Of a stretch of 55,303 bases of DNA, positions 29,896 to 38,818 are shown in pieces (position 1 is the stretch's first letter; every line of letters starts with the position of its first letter). The stretch lies in UHGV virus genome UHGV-0114783; one strand, given 5' to 3'. The position numbers were made by a program, and so were the translations under genes. The stretch is from a virus. The notes below the pieces were generated by a model, which searched no databases, was not told the DNA's origin, and saw nothing but the letters and a program-made list of their open reading frames with translations.

Positions 29896-30155
29896 ACATA
29901 AATACCATCTACCGCCACCCGGCAGAGCTGGAAGCCGAAGCGATGCTATCTCGTAAAGAAGCATACCCGGATGATTTTACGCTGGCAGACCGAACAGCAG
30001 AACGCATGACCCGCGCCCGCAATGGGCTGGCTCACGTTATGACCGATTTAGCCACTCAACTAGACGATGAACAGGCCGCTATCGTGTATTGCTGGCTGAG
30101 TAAAGTCCTGACGATTATCGATATAGCCAGAATTGATGCGGAGGCCAGCGCATGA
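29892..30155 (+). CDS. Hypothetical protein
   Basis: 87-aa ORF, translationally coupled (ATGA overlap). Confidence 0.45.
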   Translation: MNINTIYRHPAELEAEAMLSRKEAYPDDFTLADRTAERMTRARNGLAHVMTDLATQLDDEQAAIVYCWLSKVLTIIDIARIDAEASA

Positions 30156-30373
30156 GCCAGTTACAACTGATTGATGCCACCTGTCAGATTGAACAGGCAC
30201 AGGCTGTTTTATCCATGTGGCTGGAGAGCACCACCAAAGACACTAGCCCCGACCTTCCGCGTCTTATCGGTTCAATCCTCACTTTGCTGCATGGCGTCCC
30301 GGAGGCAATGGAAGAAGCCGAAAGCAAGCTGGCTGACTATGTGATGCGTGAATATCGGGAGGGCAAGTCATGA
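30152..30373 (+). CDS. Hypothetical protein
   Basis: 73-aa ORF, coupled. Confidence 0.45.
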   Translation: MSQLQLIDATCQIEQAQAVLSMWLESTTKDTSPDLPRLIGSILTLLHGVPEAMEEAESKLADYVMREYREGKS

Positions 30374-30960
30374 GCTATCACGCAGAGGCAACGCCGCACG
30401 GCGTCAATATCATGACCAGCAATGATGCCGGGATATATGAGCATGTAGCCATTATAACCTATGAGAGCGCTGTAAGCCGTCTGGATGCGGGAGAGTACGA
30501 CGATACGCCAGATATCGGCTACGCCATTCATTTTGCCGTTGCTGATGGCGGGGCGCGTGGCTGGTTCGACTTTACTGCGCAGCATAACGTCACTATGTGG
30601 CGCTGGCTGATTGCTGCGACGTTCGTTTCTGAGATGAAGCGCGAAAACGGCACAACCTCCGTCACGGAGGCTGACGGCACAACATCGCAGGTGGCGATTT
30701 ACTCCAATGGTAATGCGGGCATGGTGATTTACCCGTTTGCTGAACGGCTGGCGATGGCGAACAACATCGAGGGCGCAATGATTGAGCGATACGGCGTCGA
30801 ACAGGGTACGGAAAACGCCATTGTGTTCTACCGCGCCATGCTGGACACGGAGCGCGGCGAGTTGACCCCGTTCGGGCGTCAGACGCTGGCAGAGCTACAC
30901 GATGGATTCATTGCCGATCTGAATGAAAACGGCTGGCCTGAAATGCCGCTGGCGCACTGA
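30370..30960 (+). CDS. Hypothetical protein
   Basis: 196-aa ORF immediately upstream of the primase gene. Confidence 0.45.
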   Translation: MSYHAEATPHGVNIMTSNDAGIYEHVAIITYESAVSRLDAGEYDDTPDIGYAIHFAVADGGARGWFDFTAQHNVTMWRWLIAATFVSEMKRENGTTSVTEADGTTSQVAIYSNGNAGMVIYPFAERLAMANNIEGAMIERYGVEQGTENAIVFYRAMLDTERGELTPFGRQTLAELHDGFIADLNENGWPEMPLAH

Positions 30961-30973
30961 GGGAGGTACACGA

Positions 30974-33754
30974 ATGCGTAATATCGACCTTATCCGCGAA
31001 GTGACCACCGCCGCAGCAGGGCGCTGGCCTTATGTGCTGGCTGGATTGTCTATCGACGTGCCTGATTCATCGCGCCGCCATGCCCCCTGCCCTGCATGTG
31101 GCGGTACGGATCGCTTCCGGTTCGATGATAACGGGCGCGGCAGCTTTATCTGCAACCAGTGCGGCGCGGGCGACGGGCTGGATTTAATCAAGCGGGTTAA
31201 CAACTGCGACACCACGGAGGCGGCGCACCTTGCCGCTGATGTGCTGGGTATTGATTACCGGGCAGCAGAAACCGACCCGACAGCAGCCAGCCAGAGGCGG
31301 GAGCAAATGGAGTCTGAGCGCCAGCAGCGCGAGCAGGAGCGCCAGAAACAGGCAGCAGAGGACGCAGAGCAGCGAAGGGCTACGTTTGCCAGCCTGTATG
31401 CCGGAATGCGCCAGAGCGTCACACGGGGCGAATCTGAATATCTGATGGCTAAGGGGCTGGACGGGTTCACTTTCCCGCTATTGCCTGATGGTTCAGTCCT
31501 GCTTGAGCTGGTGGATGAGTCCGGCGCAGTGGCAGCCGCACAGACCATCACCCCACAGGGAGAAAAGCGCCTTCTGACAGGTTCAGCAAAGCGCGGGGCA
31601 TATCACGCCGTAAACGCGCCAGAATCGCCGCAGAGCGTTTTAATTGCCGAGGGGCTGGCAACGGCGCTATCCGTTCACCAGATGCACCCCGAAGCGCTGG
31701 CGGTGGTCGCAGTGGACGCCGGAAACCTGCTTTCGGTCGCACAGCTTATGCGCCAAAAGCACCCTAACGCGCGGATCATCATTGCCGCAGACAATGACCA
31801 GAGCGCCGAAAGTGACAGAAGAGGAGGAGTGAAAATTAACACAGGTAAGGAGTGCGCGGAGAAAGCCGCAAAAGCCGTTGCTGGCTGGGCCTCGCTGCCA
31901 CCCGTGGACTACAAAGCGGACTGGAACGATTACCACCAACAATATGGACTGGAAGCCGCTACAGCAGCATTTAACGCCTCAATGTACCAACCGGAGGGTA
32001 AGAAAGTGGGTGTGACACTGGCAGCAATCGACGGCGGCAAGAAAAGCCCTGGTATCGACGACGACCTTAAACCGCGAGTAGAGAGCCGTTCGGATGGCAT
32101 TCACTGGATCACCCCGAAAGTGGACAAAGACACAGGGGAAATTATCAATACCGAGGCGTGGCTATGCTCTCCGCTGGAGATTGCTGGTGCAGGGAGTGAT
32201 AACGCCAGACAGCGCTTTCTGATCCTGCGTTGGGACGTTCCCGGCAATCGGGGGCAAGTTACCCGTGCGCTTCCTTGGGAGGACATTGGCGACCGCGAGG
32301 GATGGCGAACTCTGAAAAACGGCGGTGTCAGTGTGACGACCAAACCATCGTTGCGGGCAATTCTGGCCGACTGGCTACAGCGAACCGGTAGCGGCAAGGA
32401 GTGGCAGATCAGCCACACCACAGGCTGGCACAGCGGGGCGTACATCATGCCGGATGGTGATGTTATTGGTGATCCAGAGATACCGCTTTTATTCAGTGGC
32501 CGCAGTGCGGCGGCTGGTGGCTATACCGTCAGTGGAACGCCGGAAAGCTGGCGTGATTCGGTGGCGCGTCTTGCGTTGGGCAACCCGTCAATGATGCTGG
32601 GTGTTGCTGCTGCGCTGTCTGCACCGCTGATCGGGCTTGTTGGCGCTGACGGTTTCGGTGTTCACCTTTTCGAACAGTCCAGCGCAGGGAAGACGACGAC
32701 CGCCAACATTGCCAGCAGCTTATACGGTGAACCGGATGCCCTGCGCCTCACCTGGTACGGTACTGCGCTGGGTATCGCCAACGAAGCGGAAGCGCATAAC
32801 GACAGCCTGTTACCGCTGGACGAAGTGGGGCAGGGCAGTAGCGCCAAAGACGTTGCCACGTCGGCTTACACGCTGTTTAACGGTGCCGGAAAGTTACAGG
32901 GGGCGAAGGAGGGCGGCAACCGTGAGTTAAAGCGCTGGCGTACCGTGGCGATCAGTACCGGGGAAATGGACATTGAAACGTTTCTTTCTGCTGGTGGGCT
33001 GAAAGTTAAGGCCGGGCAACTGGTGCGACTGCTTAATTTACCGATGGAGAAATCAGTAACGCACCATGAGTACCAGAACGGGAAGCAACACGCCGACGCA
33101 CTCAAAGAGGCTTACCAGACGAACCACGGAGCCGCAGGCCGTGAATGGATTAAATGGCTTGCAGGCCACCAGCAGGAGGCAAAACAAGCTGTCAGAGCGG
33201 CGCAAGAGCGCTGGCGCAGTCTTATCCCCGCTGATTATGGCGAACAGGTTCATCGTGTAGGCGAGCGGTTCGCCATTCTGGAGGCGGCGCTGGTGCTTGG
33301 GATGCCTGTCACTGGCTGGGGGGAGCAGGAAAGCCGGGACGCCATCCAGCATGGCTTTAACGCCTGGGTGAAAGAGTTTGGCACGGGGAACCGTGAGCAT
33401 AAGCAGATCATCGAGCAGGCAGAGGCGTTTCTTAATGCATACGGACTGAGCCGATTTGCACCTTACCCTTATGACCCGGCTGACATGCCGATTCGGGATT
33501 TGGCCGGGTACCGTCAGAAAGGGGCGCATGATGCTGATCCGATAGTGTTCTACACGTTCCCGGCAGCATTCGAAGGTGAGATTGCGAAGGGATTCAACGC
33601 GAAACAGTTTGCCCGTGTGCTGGCCGGGGCTGGGGTGCTGAAACCGCCAGCCAGCGGAAGGGGGTATCAGCGTAAATCCCCGCGAATTGATGGACGCCAG
33701 ATAAACGTTTATGTGCTCCAGCTACGACCCGACGAGATAGAGGGTGAAGAATAA
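30974..33754 (+). CDS. Primase-helicase (P4 alpha-like: zinc ribbon, TOPRIM, Walker-A NTPase)
   Basis: ORF track 30923..33754 trimmed to the ATG at 30974; CPACGG...CNQCG zinc ribbon, TOPRIM-like IAEGLATA...IIIAADND, Walker A GADGFGVHLFEQSSAGKTT. Confidence 0.85.
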   Translation: MRNIDLIREVTTAAAGRWPYVLAGLSIDVPDSSRRHAPCPACGGTDRFRFDDNGRGSFICNQCGAGDGLDLIKRVNNCDTTEAAHLAADVLGIDYRAAETDPTAASQRREQMESERQQREQERQKQAAEDAEQRRATFASLYAGMRQSVTRGESEYLMAKGLDGFTFPLLPDGSVLLELVDESGAVAAAQTITPQGEKRLLTGSAKRGAYHAVNAPESPQSVLIAEGLATALSVHQMHPEALAVVAVDAGNLLSVAQLMRQKHPNARIIIAADNDQSAESDRRGGVKINTGKECAEKAAKAVAGWASLPPVDYKADWNDYHQQYGLEAATAAFNASMYQPEGKKVGVTLAAIDGGKKSPGIDDDLKPRVESRSDGIHWITPKVDKDTGEIINTEAWLCSPLEIAGAGSDNARQRFLILRWDVPGNRGQVTRALPWEDIGDREGWRTLKNGGVSVTTKPSLRAILADWLQRTGSGKEWQISHTTGWHSGAYIMPDGDVIGDPEIPLLFSGRSAAAGGYTVSGTPESWRDSVARLALGNPSMMLGVAAALSAPLIGLVGADGFGVHLFEQSSAGKTTTANIASSLYGEPDALRLTWYGTALGIANEAEAHNDSLLPLDEVGQGSSAKDVATSAYTLFNGAGKLQGAKEGGNRELKRWRTVAISTGEMDIETFLSAGGLKVKAGQLVRLLNLPMEKSVTHHEYQNGKQHADALKEAYQTNHGAAGREWIKWLAGHQQEAKQAVRAAQERWRSLIPADYGEQVHRVGERFAILEAALVLGMPVTGWGEQESRDAIQHGFNAWVKEFGTGNREHKQIIEQAEAFLNAYGLSRFAPYPYDPADMPIRDLAGYRQKGAHDADPIVFYTFPAAFEGEIAKGFNAKQFARVLAGAGVLKPPASGRGYQRKSPRIDGRQINVYVLQLRPDEIEGEE

Positions 33755-33778
33755 AAACACACATACGAGATGTTTTTT

Positions 33779-34073
33779 TGTTGGTTCAGTTGGTTCAGTA
33801 ACTATTTAATTAATATAAGTGTGTGTATTTAATGCATTTACATGCTTGTAAGTGAACCAACACCGAACCAACAAACGCCCATTTTGAACCAACAAATGCC
33901 GCTATTGAACCAACGCCCTTTTCTGGCTGGCCTGTAAATCTTTCCCACTGAACCAACACGAAAATAGCGTTTGTTGGTTCAAAACGGGGCTTTGTTGGTT
34001 CACTCCTAAAGAAATAATCCTTATAAAACAACAATCTTTACAAATTGAACCAACTGAACCAACTGAACCAACA
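33779..34073. repeat. Iteron array, about a dozen GAACCAAC/GTTGGTTC octamers in both orientations (candidate origin of the nested element)
   Basis: Direct reading: TTGGTTCAG x2, GAACCAAC x5, GTTGGTTC x2, then GAACCAACTGAACCAACTGAACCAAC, immediately downstream of the primase gene. Confidence 0.7.
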
Positions 34074-34355
34074 TGTTTTTGCTTATCTATAGAGTTTTTT
34101 CGGAGAGTAATTACTAATTTGGAGGGGCGTCGCCTAAGCGAAAGTATGCGGAAACGGCAACTTTGCGGAGCGGAAAAGAAAAAGCCCGCGCTGGAGAGGC
34201 GAGGGCTTTTGTTAACCATGTTTATGCAATCACACAACGGTGGATCACCGTCATAGTATCACGTCGATTTATCATTTCAATATGCGCAATGATATTTACT
34301 AACATTGCAATTTATGCAATGATCAGAATTTAAACAACGCAAAAGGTTATGAACA

Positions 34356-34919
34356 ATGAAACAGATAACCAATGTTAATCTGGAAAGTGATAACTCTGGT
34401 GGTACCGTCGAGGTGACTTACTCCGATGATACGTTCGAAAGGCTGACCTGCTCGCTTCCTGTGGCTCTCGTCATTGCGAATCTTGCAACGACGCTTAAGC
34501 AGGAACGTGCAACACGCATTGCAACTGGCGACCGCCTGCGTCGGATGTACACCCGCGATAGTGACATGATTACTCGCAGTGGCAGCGGCGCTTCTACGAC
34601 CTCCACCGCGCCAACGTCAATGGACGCTGAATTTATGCGCCTGGTACGCGCGGTAGCACCAAAGTATGACAACGCCCTTCCTGATACCGATCCTCGCCTT
34701 GTTGCGCTCGACGTGCTGCGTTACGCACCCGCTGAGGCATTCAGTGCGGTACATCCGACCCCGCTATCAGAGATTCAGCTTGATCAGGCTATCGACGTTC
34801 TGGAGCAGGTTGGCGACTACATGCGAGTTAACAACGTTTCACCGAAGATTCTCTCCACAGGCGACGCCATTCGCAGCATTAACACCGATAATGCCAGTTT
34901 CTGGCATCGCACGAAGTAA
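34356..34919 (+). CDS. Hypothetical protein
   Basis: 187-aa ORF after the iteron region. Confidence 0.45.
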   Translation: MKQITNVNLESDNSGGTVEVTYSDDTFERLTCSLPVALVIANLATTLKQERATRIATGDRLRRMYTRDSDMITRSGSGASTTSTAPTSMDAEFMRLVRAVAPKYDNALPDTDPRLVALDVLRYAPAEAFSAVHPTPLSEIQLDQAIDVLEQVGDYMRVNNVSPKILSTGDAIRSINTDNASFWHRTK

Positions 34920-34925
34920 GGAGCA

Positions 34926-35120
34926 ATGAGCATGGCTATTTATGACCCGAAATTAGCAGCAGGAAACCCGCAAAGCGCCGGGCGTAAACTCTTTGGCCGT
35001 GAGCATGCCGAGCAGTTACGTATGCGTAACAACTTCAACAACGAATGCCGCAATCTGGAAAAAGTCAACGAAGCGAATGCAAAGTTCTGGAGTGAACAGG
35101 ATGAAAAAGCCAAACGTTAA
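34926..35120 (+). CDS. Hypothetical protein
   Basis: 64-aa ORF. Confidence 0.35.
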   Translation: MSMAIYDPKLAAGNPQSAGRKLFGREHAEQLRMRNNFNNECRNLEKVNEANAKFWSEQDEKAKR

Positions 35121-35268
35121 ACCGGTATTACTTTCTGGCGACCAGTTCGCCGCAATCTGCAAGATCCAGGAGCGCGAACGCCAGCGCTCCGATATTGGCG
35201 TTGCGCCTTCTGTCCATCAAATTGCCCGTGGGCTGGTGGCGAAAGCGCTGGCATCAATTCAGGAATAA
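35101..35268 (+). CDS. Hypothetical protein (55 aa)
   Basis: ORF track 34993..35268 trimmed to the ATG at 35101. Confidence 0.3.
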   Translation: MKKPNVKPVLLSGDQFAAICKIQERERQRSDIGVAPSVHQIARGLVAKALASIQE

Positions 35269-35273
35269 CGACT

Positions 35274-36341
35274 ATGTCATATAACTGGATGCGCCATTTC
35301 GAGCTACAGCTCATCGATGAGAATGGCAAAGGAATTAGCCTTAGTGATTTCAAAGTTACCTTTGATATAGAGCGTAACGATAACAAATGGCCAGCTGTTG
35401 CGACGGTCAAGATCTACAACCTTTCACCAACTACTCAGAACCGTATTATGCAACGTGAGTTTGCCAAAATTGTGTTGATAGCGGGGTATGATGGTCGTGC
35501 GCAGGATGTAAGGGCAAGTGATGTGGGGATTGCACGTGAAATATCAGCAAGCGAAGTGGGCCAGGCTAACGGCGCAAACTACGGAGTCATTTTCAGCGGT
35601 GATATCCGCTTCACTGTGACCGGAAAAGATAACCCTGTCGATTCATGGGTACAGGTGCAGGCTTGTGACTCTGTGGAGGCGTTTACCAGCGCATTTATCA
35701 ACACCACTATCAGCAAAGGCTACACCACAGAAGATATTTATGTTGAGCTTATGAAAAGGCTGGAACCTTACGGCATTTCTCGCGGTATTGTTCCTGAATT
35801 CCCGGCAACGGTATTTCCTCGCGGTCGAGCCCTCTTTGGCTATGTCCATAACTATCTCGATGAAGTGGCCGCGCAGTGCAAAGCCACTTGGCAATTCAAC
35901 TATGGAAAAGTCGATATTGTTCCCAGAGACAAGGCCACTCATGAAGCTGTGGTTCTCAACGCTAATACCGGGCTTATCGGTATGCCTCAGCAGACCATCG
36001 GTGCGGGTGTGAATGTCAAATGCCTGATTAACTCACGGATTCACCTGAACGGGCTTATCCAACTGGATCAGGCTTCGGTATATCGTAGCGCCTTATCTGC
36101 GGATCAAATTGCCCAAGCTGGTGGGCCAATTTCGGTGGAAAGCCAAAACGGAAACCTTGTCACTACTGGATTAACGCAGAGTCCGGCGAGCATTGCTACC
36201 GATGGTATCTATAAGGTTCGGTATATCAGTTACACGGGCGACACGCGCGGTCAAGCGTGGTATATGGATCTGGCGTGTGAGGCTCGCGGGAATTCTGATT
36301 TATTTTCAAGTTCATTTATGAATAAGCAGAGTGAAGAATGA
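35274..36341 (+). CDS. Baseplate hub-like protein, diverged second copy
   Basis: 355-aa ORF colinear with 47449..48513 (shared WMRHFELQL, RFTVTGKDN, AVVLNANTGLIGMPQQT, YTGDTRGQAWYMDL blocks). Confidence 0.65.
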   Translation: MSYNWMRHFELQLIDENGKGISLSDFKVTFDIERNDNKWPAVATVKIYNLSPTTQNRIMQREFAKIVLIAGYDGRAQDVRASDVGIAREISASEVGQANGANYGVIFSGDIRFTVTGKDNPVDSWVQVQACDSVEAFTSAFINTTISKGYTTEDIYVELMKRLEPYGISRGIVPEFPATVFPRGRALFGYVHNYLDEVAAQCKATWQFNYGKVDIVPRDKATHEAVVLNANTGLIGMPQQTIGAGVNVKCLINSRIHLNGLIQLDQASVYRSALSADQIAQAGGPISVESQNGNLVTTGLTQSPASIATDGIYKVRYISYTGDTRGQAWYMDLACEARGNSDLFSSSFMNKQSEE

Positions 36342-36682
36342 AGAAGATTATTTTACTGATTGGTTTATTGGGCGCATCTGGAAGTCATGCTGCGCAGGTT
36401 ATTACCATGCAGTGCGGAAACTTTCGCTTTGAGATGATAGAAAACTCGATGGCGAGAATTAATGGTGAGTATGTAACATCTCAGAAAATTACAGAGTTCG
36501 GACAGAACGGGGCAAAAGTAGAAATGACGCTTATGCCTGCCAGCGATGGGAATCTGTATGGGTTTGAATACATCCATCCTGACGGTAGCAAAAAGCGCTG
36601 GCTGAATGTTGAGCTTATCCGCACCAATATGAATCAGGCGCGGATCATTGGCTCGTTTGATTGTAAGCGCGTGAAGGGGTAA
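36338..36682 (+). CDS. Small secreted protein with conserved QCG.F and DCK...KG motifs (second copy)
   Basis: 114-aa ORF with signal-peptide-like N-terminus, same position between hub and spike genes as the phage copy. Confidence 0.5.
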   Translation: MKKIILLIGLLGASGSHAAQVITMQCGNFRFEMIENSMARINGEYVTSQKITEFGQNGAKVEMTLMPASDGNLYGFEYIHPDGSKKRWLNVELIRTNMNQARIIGSFDCKRVKG

Positions 36683-36690
36683 GGGGAATC

Positions 36691-37353
36691 ATGCCATTCA
36701 TTCGACCCGCAAATGAGCAGGATGTAACACAGCTTGTTCAGGACAATGCTAAAGCATCTGTAACCAATGCGTTACCTGGCATTATTCGTTCGTTCGATCC
36801 CGAAACTGTCACCTGCGATGTTGATATAGCCATTACGGCAAGAATGACGAAGGCTGGCACAATGGGTGAAGATTTCCAGTATGAGTCCGTCCGCTATCCG
36901 ATTCTTAACGATTTGCCTGTGGTTTTTCCGCGCGGGGGCGGAGTTACGCTTACTTTCCCGGTTAAAGATGGTGATGAATGCCTCATCGTATTCTCTTCGC
37001 GTTCGATTGATTTCTGGTGGCAGAACGGCGGTGTGCAGGAGCGAGCTGATGGGCGTATTTTAGATCTGTCTGATGCGTTCGTTATTCCTGGCCCCCAATC
37101 ACAGGTAAAGAAGATATCCAATATCAGTACCAACGCTGCGCAGCTGCGTACAGATGATGGAGCGGCATTTGTAGAGGTGTCCGCTGGTGGAGCCATTACT
37201 ATTACCAGCTCTCAAATCACCCTTAACGGGCCCGTGCAGGTAAACGGAACGATCACTTCCACTGGCGACCAAACGGCCAACGGTATCAGCCAGATTAACC
37301 ATACCCACGGCGGCGTACAATCAGGCGGCAGCAACACAGGAAAACCACAATGA
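36691..37353 (+). CDS. Baseplate central spike protein (gpV-like), diverged second copy
   Basis: 220-aa ORF colinear with 49246..49986 (shared FPRGGG.TLTFPVK.GDECL, DLSDAF, TDDGAAFVEV, HGGVQ.GG..TG.PQ end). Confidence 0.65.
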   Translation: MPFIRPANEQDVTQLVQDNAKASVTNALPGIIRSFDPETVTCDVDIAITARMTKAGTMGEDFQYESVRYPILNDLPVVFPRGGGVTLTFPVKDGDECLIVFSSRSIDFWWQNGGVQERADGRILDLSDAFVIPGPQSQVKKISNISTNAAQLRTDDGAAFVEVSAGGAITITSSQITLNGPVQVNGTITSTGDQTANGISQINHTHGGVQSGGSNTGKPQ

Positions 37354-37529
37354 GCAATATTGAAAAACTGAAACCAGAAGAAAGCGGAGCCAGCCAGAAT
37401 GGAAAGGTTCGTACCTGGCTGGATGATATCAACGGGCAGCCGGAACCAGATGGTATTGGCAGCTTCGGTGAGAGTGCGATCTGCGAAGAATCACGCACAG
37501 CGGAAACCATGCGAAATAACGTAGGGTGA
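37350..37529 (+). CDS. Small hypothetical protein (59 aa)
   Basis: Hand-translated ORF starting at the ATGA overlap with the preceding gene; not in ORF track. Confidence 0.3.
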   Translation: MSNIEKLKPEESGASQNGKVRTWLDDINGQPEPDGIGSFGESAICEESRTAETMRNNVG

Positions 37530-37619
37530 CGGTCAGATGACGTGATCTGTAACTTTAAGTAGCGGTGCAGGGGCAGAACTCAGCACGCTACTTTTATTTT
37601 CTTTGTCAAAAGGTGAACA

Positions 37620-38093
37620 ATGGCGGCATTACCAACAATGGCTAAGGTTATGATTATTCAATCATTAGCTTGCTACGAACCCCCTTCCAGAATCGTTGAG
37701 CTTGTAAAACAAGATTTTGGCATCGTCGTTACCCGGCAGCAGATATCGGCCTACAACCCTGAAAATACAATGGCAAAAAATCTTAGCCAAAAATGGGTAG
37801 AACTCTTTAATCACACTCGCGCCCGCTTCCAGAGTGAAATATCCGAGATCCCTATCGCTAACAAAGCGTACCGGCTGCGTATGCTCGATCGCATGGCTAA
37901 CCGTGCAGAGGCAATCAAGAATTACGCATTAACAGCGCAGCTTATTGAACAGGCCGCGAAAGAGTGCGGGGACGCTTACACCAACAAATTAAAGGTTGAA
38001 ACAACGGGTAAAGATGGTGGTCCGATCAGAACGGAAACAACGAACTTAACCGCCGAAGAAGCCGGGGAGGCATACCGCAAATTTATGGGATAA
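37620..38093 (+). CDS. Orphan terminase small subunit homolog (no adjacent TerL)
   Basis: 157-aa ORF colinear with the phage TerS at 19944..20417, roughly two-thirds identical by eye, nearly identical C-terminal third. Confidence 0.65.
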   Translation: MAALPTMAKVMIIQSLACYEPPSRIVELVKQDFGIVVTRQQISAYNPENTMAKNLSQKWVELFNHTRARFQSEISEIPIANKAYRLRMLDRMANRAEAIKNYALTAQLIEQAAKECGDAYTNKLKVETTGKDGGPIRTETTNLTAEEAGEAYRKFMG

Positions 38094-38308
38094 CCACCAG
38101 CGCCGTGACACGTCACACGCAAAAATAGCACCGCCCATTAATGGGCTGGTGGCACAGCTTGCATATTGAAATTCCCTGTAAATCTTACAGATCTGGTATT
38201 GAGTAACTTACCCCATTCAGCGCCACACATCACAGAGCAGCCTATGGACTACACACAAAATCAGGCTGAAAATAAATCCTTATATTTCAGTTGATTAAAT
38301 AATAGCCT

Positions 38309-38328
38309 TGCATTCCTGTACCGGATGC
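38309..38328. repeat. Right flanking repeat TGCATtcCTGTACCggATGC (candidate att site of nested element)
   Basis: Matches 25390..25409; the ATG within it is the start codon of the next head gene. Confidence 0.4.
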
Positions 38329-38807
38329 CTGTTGGCATTGCCGGGGCTATCTCTCGCCCGCAGGACTTAACCGTCGAACCGGTGATCCTTAAATCCGCTA
38401 ACGCCTTCGCTGCCTATGGTCTGGCTGGCAAATATGACGCTGACGGCTTTTTCGTGCCGCTGGCGGACGGTGACACCGCCGACAAGGTGAAGGGGATCTA
38501 CGTTCGTCCGTATCCGACCACATCGCAGCCAGACATGGTTCGCCAGGTGGGGACGGATAAGAACTTCCCGGGTGACGCCATGAAGCGTGGCTACATGACC
38601 GTTAATCTCGGTTCTGATTTTGATGCCAGCACCATCAAAAAAGGCGACCCGGTATACGTTGTCGTCTCCACTGATGAATCCATAAAAGTGCCGCTGGGCG
38701 GCTTCATGTCCACGTCCGTCAGTGGCAAAAACGTGGCGCTGACCAACGCCGAATTCACAGGGGCCGGTGACGCTAACGGCAATGTAGAAATCTCCTGGAA
38801 GATTTAA
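38325..38807 (+). CDS. Head structural protein (putative decoration/accessory protein)
   Basis: 160-aa ORF directly upstream of the major capsid gene. Confidence 0.5.
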   Translation: MPVGIAGAISRPQDLTVEPVILKSANAFAAYGLAGKYDADGFFVPLADGDTADKVKGIYVRPYPTTSQPDMVRQVGTDKNFPGDAMKRGYMTVNLGSDFDASTIKKGDPVYVVVSTDESIKVPLGGFMSTSVSGKNVALTNAEFTGAGDANGNVEISWKI

Positions 38808-38818
38808 GGAACAGACAA

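Larger units (their letters stand above)
25390..38328. mobile_element. Nested P4-like/satellite-like integrative element inserted within the phage head-gene cluster
   Basis: Own integrase, AlpA-like gene, primase-helicase, iteron origin and orphan TerS; flanked by imperfect direct repeats; interrupts scaffold-to-capsid gene order. Confidence 0.6.

Noticed and set aside
33779-34073. Possible CRISPR array suggested by the many short repeats
   Set aside because: Repeat unit is only 8 bp, spacing is irregular, copies occur in both orientations and no cas genes are present; fits replicon iterons, not a CRISPR array.
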